Shown here: piece after piece, positions 37,701-49,978 of the stretch | Layout of the letters: the number at the start of each line of letters is the position of its first letter | How positions within the stretch are numbered: the first letter of the stretch is position 1 | Assembly (NCBI RefSeq): GCF_006345805.1 | Contig: NC_042997.1 | Span: forward strand, 32,488,001 to 32,552,000 | DNA: 64,000 bases | From: Octopus sinensis | Lineage: Eukaryota | Direction of reading: 5' to 3' | The notes under the pieces: model-generated | Seen by the model: the letters and a program-made list of their open reading frames with translations, nothing else | Told to the model about the DNA's origin: nothing | Database searches by the model: none | Position numbers and translations under genes: made by a program

Positions 37701-38460
37701 TTAAATTAGAGATAAAACCACTATTAGGCAAATCAAACAGTGAAAATCATAAGCCAATACATAGAAAATATAAAATATTGGGTTTCTTACCTTAAAAATT
37801 AATACTTAAAAATTAAAATTAATATTTAAGATTATAATTGTTGTTTTGACATAATCATAATCGTTAAGTTTCTAGTTTGATAATAGAGTTTTTTATAAGA
37901 AAATTTATTATATTATTTATTTCTTAAAAATATTGTTTAAATATTTCTGATTATTTATTAAAATATTACAATTAACCTGAAGATTGACTGTAACCATAAT
38001 TCGAATTATTAATTGAATTTAAATTATTATTATTGTTATTCAAATTGGTTACGGACATGAAACGATCTTAGTGTTTTTACTCTTTATCTTATTTTAAACT
38101 TTTAATACTTTTTGATAGTTTAAAATAAATAAAAAAATAAATAAATAGATAAATAAATAAAATAATAAAATATATATATATATATATTTAAAATTTATAA
38201 GTTTAATTTATTAATTTAAATAATTTTTTTAAATTTTAACTTTAATTTAAATATTTTAATTGGATTTTTATATTTTATATTTATTATATTTTTTAATTAA
38301 TTTTATTTCTATGTATTGGCTTATGATTTTCACTGTTTGGTTTGCCTAATAGTGGTTTTATCTCTAATTTAATATAATATATATTTATACTATAAAATTA
38401 GATTTAATCCTAAATCTAATTTTTCCCTGTAAGTTTGGATTTACTCCCTAATATGTTATT
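37701..38460. mobile_element. AT-rich PLE-like pseudo-LTR with inverted ~68 bp arms (37701-37769 / 38303-38371)
   Basis: ttagagataaaaccactattaggcaaatcaaacagtgaaaatcataagccaatacatag and its reverse complement; related to 31700-32114 and 56035-56082; flanked by (TA)n. Confidence 0.7.
37973..38073 (+). ncRNA. Degenerate hammerhead-like motif with extended stem II
   Basis: CTGAAGA at 37977, stem tgactgtaacca/tggttacggaca, GAAA at 38059, then c-gatc-t-ta-gtg; one change from the palindromic ACGATCGT stem III. Confidence 0.45.
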
Positions 38461-38846
38461 ATTATTATATATATATATATTATATATATATATATATATA
38501 TAACTCTGTCGCTTGTTTCTTTTCCAACTGGAGTACCCGTGTATCTTCTCTTCCAAAAGACACTGATCTTTATCTCTACATTACACTTTTTAACTTCTCA
38601 TCAACTGGCAAAGTCACATCCCTCAATACTACCCCTCACCCCCACCCTAGGTGAGGAATCTTTGTCTTGCAAGTTACCTAGAGGCGCACCTAGTGCTGAT
38701 GCCATGAAAAATGCACCCATTACACTCTGGAAAGACATCTAGCCATAGCAACTATTCCAAAGCAGACAATAGAGATTGGCACAGCTCTCTGGATCACCAG
38801 CTTTTGTCAAACTGTTCAACACATGCCAGCATGGAAAATGGAATGC

Positions 38847-39358
38847 ATCATAAATCTAAGAGCTTGAGTTTATGCAGATTATCAATGATAACACATATCT
38901 TGATTTCACTGTACTTTTCTTAGCTTCTGTGGCATAGCCAACGAAATGGTAGTAGTGAGATGCAATCGCTAAAATGTCTGTTCTCAGTCTTGGTCTGACG
39001 GCGAGCTGGCAGAAACGTTAGCACGCTGAGCAAAATGCTAAACGGTATTTCGTCTGCCGCTACGTTCTGAGTTCAAATTCCGCCGAGGTTGACTTTGCCT
39101 TTCCCCCTTTCGGGATCGATTAAGTAAGTACCAGTTATGCACTGGGGTCGATATAATCGACTTAATCCATTTGTTTGTCTTTGTTTGTCCCTTCTGTGGG
39201 CAGTAAAGAAATAGGTCTGACAAACAAACCAGGTATTTCTAATTTTATTTTTCTATGATTCAGTAAATGGATAAAGAACAGGGCAGTGCCTATGACATTT
39301 TAGCATAGTTTCTAAGACTGGTGGGGCAAATAGTAGCAAAATCTCATTATCCTCAGAT
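38847..39358. repeat. Local duplication copy 1 (carries a SINE); copy 2 at 40864-41134 is empty
   Basis: atcataaatctaagagcttga...ctcattatcctcagat is present twice, about 2 kb apart. Confidence 0.9.
39000..39213 (+). mobile_element. SINE family A variant with 8 bp TSD GGTCTGAC
   Basis: GGTCTGAC at 38992-38999 and 39214-39221; intact ggcgagctggcagaaacgttagc head and gagttcaaattcc B box. Confidence 0.92.
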
Positions 39359-41609
39359 GATGATATTATTTGAGGTGTTTTTTTCACAACCAGATGCCCT
39401 TACCTGTCTTTCAAGTAAGGAATTTGTTTATTCCAATGGCATATCAGTGTACTGAACTAAGTCCAGTCCGTGAGTGGATGATATATTATACAGGATCTGA
39501 GATGACATGTAAAAGACACATTCTGCTCCACCTCTAAATGAGTGCAATGTCATCATCATTAGTGTTGCTGTTGCATATATGTCCAGTACATATTTTATCA
39601 ATGTCACAATGATGAAAGGAAAAAGTAAACATTGTTGATATTCAAAATTAGATCAGTGGTAAAAATATCTATGACAGCATTTCACTATAATAGTAATAGT
39701 AGTAATGATAATAATAAAAATATTAGTAATAATCACTTTTTTCCATGCTCTCCATGGGCTAGACAGGTCCCTCCAACATAGCATCTCACTATTTATTGCA
39801 TTCTGTCGTTCCCTTCTTTTTGAAGTTCAACATCCTGGGATCAGTTTTTACCACTCCTACCCATGTCTTCCTTTATCTTTTAGCATGGGCACAAAACTGG
39901 GAATTTTTTTTTAATGGAGAAAGAACAGTTAATTACATCAACCCCAGTACTTGACTGGTACTTTATTTTATCATTCCTGAAATGGTGAAAAGCTTGACGC
40001 ATGGAATTTGTAATGTGAAGAAAATGAGAAGTTGTGATGCTTGTGTATTTTTCTTTTTTTTTTTTCAAAGACATTTAGACATTAACGAAATAAAATAGTC
40101 CCAACTATGAATTAAAACTGGATCCCAGATTCTCTACTCCTTGCCACTTTGCATCTAACCTAAAGCACTAGTTATATATGTCTAGTCGTGATAATAATAA
40201 ATTACAATATTTTAATTAACCACATACTTTTTTCCTTCGAGACAACAATTAAAGTGAATTATCTTGGCCAGTAATAAAAATTTCAACTCAGCAGTTTGAC
40301 TGAGAATAATGGCAATTTGTTATACAACAGACCTAGGCAATCCATGCCAGTACTGAAAACTGGATGTTAAAATCATGGTGAAGAAGAATACTTTTTAACT
40401 TTGCTTTGTGGTGTGATTACAAAAGAGATAAAAGGAAATCTCAAGTAGTTTTGTCTGCAGCACAATTTCCTGTATTGCTTTTGTAGTCATTTTAGTTAAC
40501 TTCCATCACTAGTGCCCTTGAAGACGACATAAATGTATTACAACCTCATGTCCACTTCTCGGTAAATCAATGATAAATCTCAGATGTTTGGTACAGCATG
40601 CTTACTTTAACAACCAGCTGGAAGTTTTGCAATCAGTATTTTGAAGAGATATATCTTTAGGTCAAAGTACTTAACATGTAGTAGTTCCGCTTCTTTCTTT
40701 TTTTTATTATTTTTTTATTCACTATTGTAAGTATGTTGACATTGAATGCAACTGTCTGTGCACACAGCTGAGAGAATATGTTATGTTCTGCTGGGATGAC
40801 CTGATCTAGATGTTCTGCATGAAGACAAAACCTTCAATTATGATCCAATACCTTATGGGATATATCATAAATCTAAGAGCTTGATTTTATGCAAATTATC
40901 AACGATAACACATATCTTGATTTCACTATACTTTTGTTAGCCTCTGTGGCACAGCCAATGGAATGGTAGTAAAATGTTTGTTCTCAGGTTTGGTGAGACA
41001 AAACAAACCAGGTATTTTTAATTTTATTTTTCTATGATTCAATTAATAGAGAGAGAACAGGACAGTGCCTATGACATTTTAGCATGGTCTCTAAGACTGG
41101 CATGGCAAATAGAAAAATCTCATTATCCTCAGATCAGATACTTGATCTGACCTGTCTAACCTTTGAATGGATCCTGTTAAAGAACATAAAATCCTGGTGA
41201 TGGTATTAAACCAGGAAAGGAATTTTAGTATCATCACATACACAAGAGAAGTTGTTTTCTCATTCACAGTAATATATGGTTCTCATTGTAGACATAGTGA
41301 TAGTCCATTGAATATTCAAGGAGGAGTAAAGACAGATTTGAGAAAATTGGACATCATGAAAGATGCAAGATGATACATAGAAAAATGGTATGTTATATCT
41401 GTTTTCTTATGCTGATCTTGGTAAGGATATGTACCATTGATGTGATCCACATTACCAATGCATTGCCATGTGTACCACTGATGATTGCATTTTTTAATTT
41501 TCAAGATAGGTTAGAGGACTGGCAGAAACAACAAAGTGTGTAGGCCAATGTCTTAAAAGTACTGTATTTACTTGTGTTATAAGTTCTACTATTTTATACT
41601 TGATAGGTA

Positions 41610-42128
41610 ATGACAAGTGACCGAGACCCTTGGAGATATTCCATGCTTGAGAAAACCCAGCAAGCCAAGTGAGACAGTAGTCATGGTTGATGCCAGTGTC
41701 ACATAACTGACCCATTTAAAAGCACCCTCTAGTTGTTGGATGATATGCCATGCTTGTGAAGACCTTTTGAACCAAGTGAAATCAATGCGATGGCTGATGC
41801 CAGTGCTGGTGTCACATAAAAAGCACCATTCAAGTGTGGCTGATGACAGTGCCACCTGACTGGCACGCATGCTGGTGGCATGCAAAAAGCACCATTTGAG
41901 AGTGGCTGATGCCAGTGCTGCCTGAATGACACCCATGCTGGAGGCATGTAAAAAGCACCCACCACACACTTGGAGTTGTTGGCATTAGGTAGGGCATCCA
42001 GCTGTAGAAACCTTGCCAAAGCAGATCGGGGCTTGGTGCAGCCTCCTGGCTTACCAGTTCTCAGTCACCGTCTAACTAACCCATGCCAGCATGGAAGGCA
42101 GACATTAAACGATGATGATGATGATGAT
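41610..42128 (+). mobile_element. RTE 3' UTR with tandem units and (GAT)n tail
   Basis: aagtgaccgagacc...aaaagcaccatt units...ccatgccagcatggaaggcagacattaaacgatgatg. Related copies at 47790-48005, 58845-59435 and 60650-61160 (-). Confidence 0.8.
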
Positions 42129-43364
42129 TCACTGAAAGAAAACTGGAGTGTGACTTAAACTTGGAGCAAAACTTAAACTATGAAGGGAAAAAATTTCTAC
42201 CAAGATTTAACACTAAATTAGGGATGTGACTTATACACAAGTAAATCTGGCTATATTCAGTTTCTGCTAGAACCACTAACTTTGTATTTTTACCCTTCCA
42301 CCACCATCATCATTGTTTTTATGATTGTTTTTCAATGCTAGCATGGGCTGACTGAGTCTTTTTAAGACAGGTGCCCTTCTTAAAGTTAGTCTTTTAATTC
42401 ATCTTTTAATCACACAAAGACACAGTATATTAAAAAACAAAAGACACTAGGTTTCACATTGATTGAAATAAGTACCAGAAATATACTGCAGTTTATACTT
42501 GCGGTGTAGTTAGCATAAATAATAGGAAGTGAAATTACATATTTTATATTTAATTCAATGTCTCAAGTTTTTGATTCCATCCTTCCAGAGGCAGATAAAA
42601 TATATACTCTTCACATACAAATACAGGATGTACTTCTCATGACAAAAAAAAAATATATATATATTGGTATAATTTTCATTTGCAGCTTTTGGACTACATA
42701 GAACTTTCTATAACAAAGACAGAAACATTCCAGCTTCTTGCTTCCCTTTCTCTTGAAATCTGAGACAGTGCATATGTAACAAGACCTCTGTTATGATAAG
42801 TGGTGAGACTTCCCTTAAATATACCTCACAGAGGGCATGAAATCTACAACCTCTTGCTTCACTAATTATACATTAGGAAAGACCGGGTGTGTTTCATTTA
42901 GAAATAAATCATTCTTGTTTTGTTTTGTTGGTAATTCTAGTTAAAGCATTGCTTTCAAGGTGGCAAACCAATTTTCACAATATAGAATATGTATGTATGT
43001 ATGCATGCACACACATGCAAGCATGCCGGCATACACACACACACACACACACTCTCTCTCTCTCTCTCCCCCTCTCCCTTTCTCTCCCTCACTCTCTTTC
43101 ACTGCCTCTCTCTTTCCCTATAATTTTTCACAATATGGTATTCTAGCTGAATGGTAAATCTTTTGCAGTTGCATATTTTTTTCTGTGAAGTTCACATGTC
43201 CAAATCAATACAGTAAGGGATTAACAGCTAAGGATTTAGTGTTTTATATCCTGTCCCATTGCTATGTGTTGAAATTTAATTCACCACAGATGAATGCACC
43301 TATCTCTAAGAAGCTTTTTTTCTATTTGCTTAACTTCATTCATTGTTGATGATTTGGTCCTAAA

Positions 43365-43782
43365 TCAGCTCTGATCAAGCTTCAGATCTGTGATGAAATG
43401 CATACCATTTGTGAGCATCTCATCTCCCCAACATTTTTTTTGGGGGGGCAGGTTTTAAGTCAAAAAAAGGTACCTTCACTTTTAAGATAGTAAGTGTGAT
43501 AATTGAGGATATGGCTGCTGTTATTAGCAGGTTTAATGATGATATAGAGCTTCGTTTGTTGGCTCAAATTCCTTGTCTTTTAGCTTTGGGTCAGCTTTCT
43601 TCAAGTAGACTTGTGATCTAAGGCATTCCAGCTATGACTATCCTATCTCTTTTCTATGCAGAAAACTCAAGACAAGATTATCCAACATGCTCTTTTTTTC
43701 TTTTTGAGAAGGTAGGGCTGAGGGAACATTGGCTGTTATTTCTAACAAGTCAAAAAAACCTTGTAGAGGCTCCCTCACTGAC
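43365..43782 (+). repeat. Two tandem copies of an unclassified ~200 bp interspersed repeat
   Basis: Motifs ..tgatc(a/t)aaggcattccagc(c/t)atgac...gatttgagg..tttggctg(c/t)tatttctagcagg; other copies at ~2785-2950, 11885-12082, 12838-12930 and 53535-53732. Confidence 0.6.
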
Positions 43783-44482
43783 TTGAAATTCATCAGTGAT
43801 GAACAGAAGCAAAATGATCAAATTGGTCAAATACTCTGGCCTATGATCCTTTAGTTCAAAGAACACTAAATTATTAGGGTTTATTTACATTTTTTTTCCT
43901 CAAAGGGGAATATATAAATGTTATATCTCCTGAGAATGTTACCTACAATATATACTAGGTGTTCTGTTCAAGTTGAGACCCTTAACACTAAATATGTTGG
44001 GGGATAAATCTGACTTCATGAATTAACTCCTTATACATGTCGACATAAATAAAAAGAAAATTAATAATAAAAGATGATAGCCAAAATATAGTAAGGTTTA
44101 AGAGATTTAAGTTTCAAATTTTTTTTCAGGTTTTAAAACTTTTATTGATCATAAAATATACAGTATATATCAACTTGAGGGTATATTTTCTCTACTCTAG
44201 GCACAAGGCCCGGAATGTTTGGGGAGATGGCCAGTCGCAACTGGTACTTAATTTATCGACCCCCAAAAGGATGAAAGGCAAAGTCGACCTTGGTGGAATT
44301 TGAACTCAGAATGTAAAGAAACTATGACAAAGCAAACACTGGGGCTTAGCACAATCCTCTTGCTCACCACTTCTATCAAACCATCCAACCCATGCCAGCA
44401 TGGAAAATAGACATTGAACAATGATAACGGTGATAGACAGACAGACAGATAAATAGACAGACAGATAAATAGACGGATAGAC

Positions 44483-44513
<31 letters not shown>

Positions 44514-44576
44514 CAAACAGAAAAGAGCTTTCTCTTTCTTCCACTTCTTTCTGGATAAGGGGCTGTGTGTGATTCT

Positions 44577-44916
44577 GAGACCCCCTTCGGTCACGACACA
44601 AACCATGGGATTGCACCTAGAAAGTTATCCTCCCAGGCACAAGTCTGGGCAAGGTTGTTTATGGAAGACCAGCAGTCGCCCATGCATACCGGTCTCTCCT
44701 CTCCATGCCACCAATGTTATCCAAGGGAAAGGCAAAAGGCTGATACAGCTTGGCACCAGTGAAGTTGCAACTCATTTCTACAGCTGAGTGAACTGGAGCA
44801 ACATGAAAATAAAGTGTCTTGCTCAAGAACACAACACGCAGCCCGGTCCAGGATTCGAGCTCACAACCTCACGATCGTAAGCTCGACGCTGTAACCACTG
44901 AGCCATGTGCCTTCAC
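44577..44916 (-). mobile_element. tRNA-derived SINE family C (CORE/Meta-like)
   Basis: Reverse complement shows A box tggctcagtgg, B box gagctcgaatcc, core gtgttgtgttcttgagcaagacacttta, and 3' gtgaccgaagggggtctc. Confidence 0.8.
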
Positions 44917-45460
44917 ATGTATATGATACTGGTTGCATAAATGTGATATGCTGATAACACTAAAAGTAGAAGACCAATAAAGGCAGCAAATATACTGATT
45001 GAGTATCAGTGTCACCTGTAAGGTGTGTAATGCGTATCATTATCATCTTCCACCACATTTTCATAATTTTCCTCTTCCATATCATCATCATCATCATTAT
45101 TATCAATTCTTGGGTTTTGTGGGGTTTTTCCACCCTTTGTAATGTTCAAGATATTTGCAGTAGGCAGGTGCAGGGCTGTGTAGTTAAGAAGGTCAATTTG
45201 CAACCACATGGTTTCAGGATCAGTCCTACTTCACAGTGTCTTAGGCACTTAGGCAAGTGTATTTTTCTATAGCCCTTAAAACCCAAAACATTATGAATGT
45301 GTTTCATTGACAGAAACTGTGTGGAAATCCATCCAGTGTGTGTATACAAGTGTGTGTGTGTATGCAAGTGTGTATGTGTATTATATATGTATATAATATA
45401 TATACATACATTATAAACATTATATATATATATATAACATATAAAATATTTATATATATA

Positions 45461-45870
45461 GGCGCAGGAGTGGCTGTGTGGTAAGTAGCTTGCTAACCAA
45501 CCACATGGTTCCGGGTTCAGTCCCACTGCATGGCATCTTGGGCAAGTGTCTTCTGCTATAGCCCCGGGCCGACCAATGCCTTGTGAGTGGATTTGGTAGA
45601 CGGAAACTGAAAGAAGCCTGTCGTATATATGTATATATATATATATATGTGTATGTATATGTGTTTGTATGTCTGTGTCCCCCTAGCATTGCTTGACAAC
45701 TGATGCTGGTGTGTTTACGTCCCCCGTCACTTAGCGGTTTGGCAAAAGAGACCAATAGAATAAGTACTGGGCTTACAAAGATAAGTCCTGGGGTCAATTT
45801 GCTCGACTAAAGGCGGTGCTCCAGCATGGCCGCAGTCAAATGACTGAAACAAGTAAAAGAGTAAAAGAGT
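45461..45870 (+). mobile_element. SINE family B, near full length
   Basis: ggcgcaggagtggctgtgtgg head, gggttcagtccc B box, tail ggcggtgctccagcatggccgcagtcaaatgactgaaac(aagtaaaagag)n. Further copies at 47355-47738 (-), 50151-50560 (+), 51515-51885 (-), 54374-54795 (+) and 58300-58692 (-). Confidence 0.9.
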
Positions 45871-45924
45871 ATATATATATATATATATATTATAATCTAA
45901 ATTGACAGTACTTTGTAGATAAAG

Positions 45925-47093
45925 CAATCAAGAGTATGAAGGCAGGGAAAGCTCCCGGCCCATCAGGATTCACTGCAGAGATGCTCAAAATATATGGCAG
46001 TGTCGCCTATAGCCTAGTCACCCGTATAGTTACCCAGGAGAAACACGAAGGAGTCATACCAAATGACTGGTGTAGCAGCACCATAGTCAACTACTTCAAA
46101 GGTAAAGGTGATGCTTTAGATGCAAATAATGACAGAGGTATCTAGTTGTTGGATCAAGTAATGAAGGTCACAGAGAGGGTCATAGCCCAACTAATTAGAG
46201 ATAGGGCCAGTTTAGATGAGATGCAGTTTGGGTTCTTGCCAGGGAAAAGCACCACTGATGCTATATTTCTGGTAAGACAGCTGCAAGAGAAATACCTAGC
46301 CAAAGATAAACCTCTGTACCTGGCTTTCGTTGACATGGAGAAAGCCTTTGACAGGGTCCCCTGATCCCTTATCTGGTGGTCAATGAGGAAACTAGGGGGA
46401 GATGAATGGTTAGTGTGAACTGTGCAAGCCATGTACAGGTATGCCGTCAGTAAGGTGAGGGTTGGCTACGAGTACACTGAAGAATTCCGGGTTTAGTCCT
46501 CAGCCCCCTCCTATTTATCATAGTTCTCCAGGCAATAACAGAGGAATTCAAAACAGGATGCCCCTGGGAGCTCCTCTATGCTGATGACCTTGCTCTAATT
46601 GCTGAGTCACTATCAGAACTAGAGAAGTTTCAGGTGTGGAAGCAAGAATTAGAATCGAAGGGCCTTAGAGTCAACCTAGCTAAAACCAAAGTCCTAATAA
46701 GTAGGAAAGTAGACAAACCACAAACACCCACTTCAGGTAGATGGCCCTGCTCAATCTATAGAAAAGGCATAGGTAGAAACTCTATAAGATGTACCCAGTG
46801 TAAGCTATTGTCACGTAAGAGGTGCAGCAATGTCAAAGGAAGGCTAACTAGGAAGATAGTTTTTGTATGTGGCAGATGCTCAGGAGCAATAAACACTGAA
46901 AATGTGCAGAGAACAACTTCTGCCACATTCCAGGGAGAAAAACTAGAAGTAGTTGATAGCTTCCGTTACCTAGGTGACCAGGTCAGCAGTGGGGGCGGGT
47001 GTGCTGAAAGTGTAACTGCTAGAATAAGAATGGTCTGGGCAATGTCCAGAGAGCTCTTACCTCTGCCTGTGATAAAGGGTCTCTCACTCAGAG
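45925..47093 (+). mobile_element. RTE-clade LINE reverse transcriptase fragment (stops and a deletion) with a PHD-like Cys cluster
   Basis: KAPGPSG..AEMLK, QFGFLPGKSTTDAIF, AFVDMEKAFDRVP, LLYADDL, GLRVNLAKTK, FRYLGD; the QG motif region is deleted near 46495. Confidence 0.92.
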
Positions 47094-47202
47094 TTTGCTG
47101 AATTTATTTGCACACACGCATATTTATCTGTTAGTTACATTCGTAACTGTTAAAATATTAAAATATAGAAATAGTTATTGAATTATTAAAAAGTTATGAA
47201 GA

Positions 47203-47292
47203 GTCCTGATGATTGGGGTTGCAGTTAAGACATGTTTCTGGAAAAGACTGAGTTTCTAGGGAACGTTAAATGCACCTCATGAAACACGAACT
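47203..47292 (+). ncRNA. Degenerate hammerhead-like motif with extended stem II inside a PLE-like remnant (~47094-47300)
   Basis: CTGATGA at 47206, T, stem tggggttgca/tgcacctca, T, GAAAC at 47281; the cleavage-site region appears deleted. Confidence 0.4.
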
Positions 47293-47738
47293 GATATTAT
47301 ATATAATATATATATAAAATATATATATATATATAAATATATAAACATATACATACTCTTTTACTTGTTTCAGTCATGTGACAGCTGGAGCACCACCTTT
47401 GGTCGAGCGAATCGACCCCAGGACTTGTTCTTTGTAAGTCTAGTACTTATTCTATCGGTCTCTTTTTGCCGAACCGCTAAGTTACGGGGATGTAAACACA
47501 CCAGCATCATTTGTCAAGTGATGTTGAGGGGGACAAATGTATACACACACATACATATATATATATACATATATACAACAGGCTTCTTTCAGTTTCCGTC
47601 TATCAAATCCACTCACAAGGCTTTGGTCAGCCCGAGGCTATAGTAGAAGACACTTGCCCAAGGTGCCAGGCAGTGGGACTGAACCCAGAACCATGTGGTT
47701 GGTAAGCAAGCTACTTACCACACAGCCATTCCTACGCC

Positions 47739-47770
<32 letters not shown>

Positions 47771-47999
47771 TTTATATATTGGCATGTGTAAAAAGATTCG
47801 AACGAAGTCGTTGCCAGTGCTGGTGGCACATAAAAGCACCCACTACACTCTCGGAGTGGTTGGTGTTAGGAAGGGCATCCAGCTGTAGAAATTCTGCCAG
47901 ATCAAGACTGGAGCCTGGTGCAGCCATCTGATTCACCAGCCCTCAGTTAAACCATCCAACCCATGCTAGCTTGGAACGTGGATGTTAAACGATGATAAT

Positions 48000-48232
48000 G
48001 ATGATTATATATATTATATATATATTATATATAGATATATATATTATATATATGTATTATATTATATATATATATTATAATATGTATTATAGTTATATAT
48101 ATATACTAATGAATATTATTTATGATATATATATTATATTATTTATTATATATATATATATATATTATATATATATATTATATATAGATATATATATATA
48201 CTATATATATATATATTATTATATATATAATA

Positions 48233-48273
<41 letters not shown>

Positions 48274-48293
48274 TATATACTATATTATATATA

Positions 48294-48325
<32 letters not shown>

Positions 48326-48843
48326 TAGATTATATTATATCATATATATATATATATATTTTCATATATATATATCATCTTCGTTTAGCATCCGCTTTCC
48401 ATATATTATTATTATATGATTACCATATATATATATATATACTATATTATATATATTATATTATATATATATATATATATTATTATTATATTATATCATA
48501 TATATATATATTATTTTAAATATATCATCTTCGTTTAGCATCCGCTTTCCATATATATTATATATATGAGATACCATATATATATATATATAAGATATAT
48601 ATATATATATAATATTATATGATATATCATATATATTATATATGATATATCATTATATATTATATATATATATATCATATGATATATCATATATATATAG
48701 ATGATATATTATATTATATGATATATCATAATATATATATGATATATTATATTATATGATATATCATATATATATATATATATATATATAATTATATATA
48801 TTATATATATATATATATACATATATGATATATTATATGATAT

Positions 48844-48899
<56 letters not shown>

Positions 48900-49180
48900 T
48901 GATATATTATATGATATATCATAGATATATATACATATATGATATATTATATGATATATATATATATATATATAGATATATATATATATATACATAATGG
49001 ATATATTAATGATTAATTCATATATTATTATATATATATATATATATATATAATATAATATATGATATAATAGATATATCATATAATATTATACATATAT
49101 GATATATATATGATATATCATATATATATATATATACATATATGATATATTATTGATATATCATATATATATATATATAT
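48000..49180. repeat. Almost pure A/T low-complexity array with embedded inverted RTE-tail fragments
   Basis: gatatattattatatgatatatcat-type units; tcatcttcgtttagcatccgctttccat occurs twice (~48375 and ~48525). Confidence 0.85.
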
Positions 49181-49189
49181 ATGATATAT

Positions 49190-49570
49190 TTTTGATATTC
49201 TCCCAAAGAGCCTGAGGAATCTGCACAAAGTAGATGATGGTGTTTTTAAATCGAAGATTTTCTGTCGAGAGTCACGGCAAGAGGTGCAAAGGCCATTCTT
49301 CACCAACTGCCAAATATTAGAGGAGGCTCTCAGTAATAACAGTGTAGCAAAACGGCAGTCCATGATCAAGGCCGCAGCTGGTCCCCACAACATTGCTTAA
49401 CAACCAGTGGTGGTGTGCTTACATCCCCGTAACTTCATGGTTCGGCAAAAGAGTCCGATCAAATAACTACTAAGCTTCCAAAGAGTAAGTCCTAGGGTCG
49501 ATTTGCTCGACTAAAGGTGGTGCTCCAGCATGGCTGCAGTCAATTGACTGAAACAAGTAAAAGAGTAAAA
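49190..49570 (+). mobile_element. Chimera of a CR1 3' end and the 3' half of SINE family B
   Basis: gatattctcccaaagagcctgagg...gtaataacagtgtagcaaaacggc...ggccgcagct (LINE) runs into gtccccacaacattgc...cagtcaattgactgaaacaagtaaaagag (SINE). Confidence 0.7.
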
Positions 49571-49928
49571 TATATATATATATATATGTATGTATGTATT
49601 CGTATTATATATACTTATATATACTTTGATACTTTGATAGGTGATACTTATATATGTGTGTATTTATATTATATATACATATATATATGTATACACATTA
49701 TATACATATATATATAGATATTATGAGAGGTAGTGGTGTCGGTGAGTCCCAAATGTGTCAGGTAATGCTGAATTAGTGCTATGGATAGACCATAGTTAAG
49801 TTCCAGTTTCGGTGATCATGTAAATAAGGGGTCCAACTTAGGTCATATATCAGTGTGTGTATATAAAAAATTTTTACATACTAAGATAACAAACCAAGGC
49901 TGTGTAGATTTCAGAACATTTATAAATA

Positions 49929-49978
49929 GGTCTTACAGCTCTTTCTAGGATATTTATTATATCCCTTCATCAGAGACC
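49929..49978 (-). ncRNA. Near-canonical type I hammerhead ribozyme in a PLE-like pseudo-LTR (~49720-50900, split by a SINE at 50151-50560)
   Basis: GGTCT-CTGATGA-A-GGGATAT(AATAA)ATATCCT-A-GAAA-G(AGCT)G-TA-AGACC: 5 bp stem I, 7 bp stem II, GUA triplet, palindromic loop III with one G-G mismatch. Confidence 0.7.
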
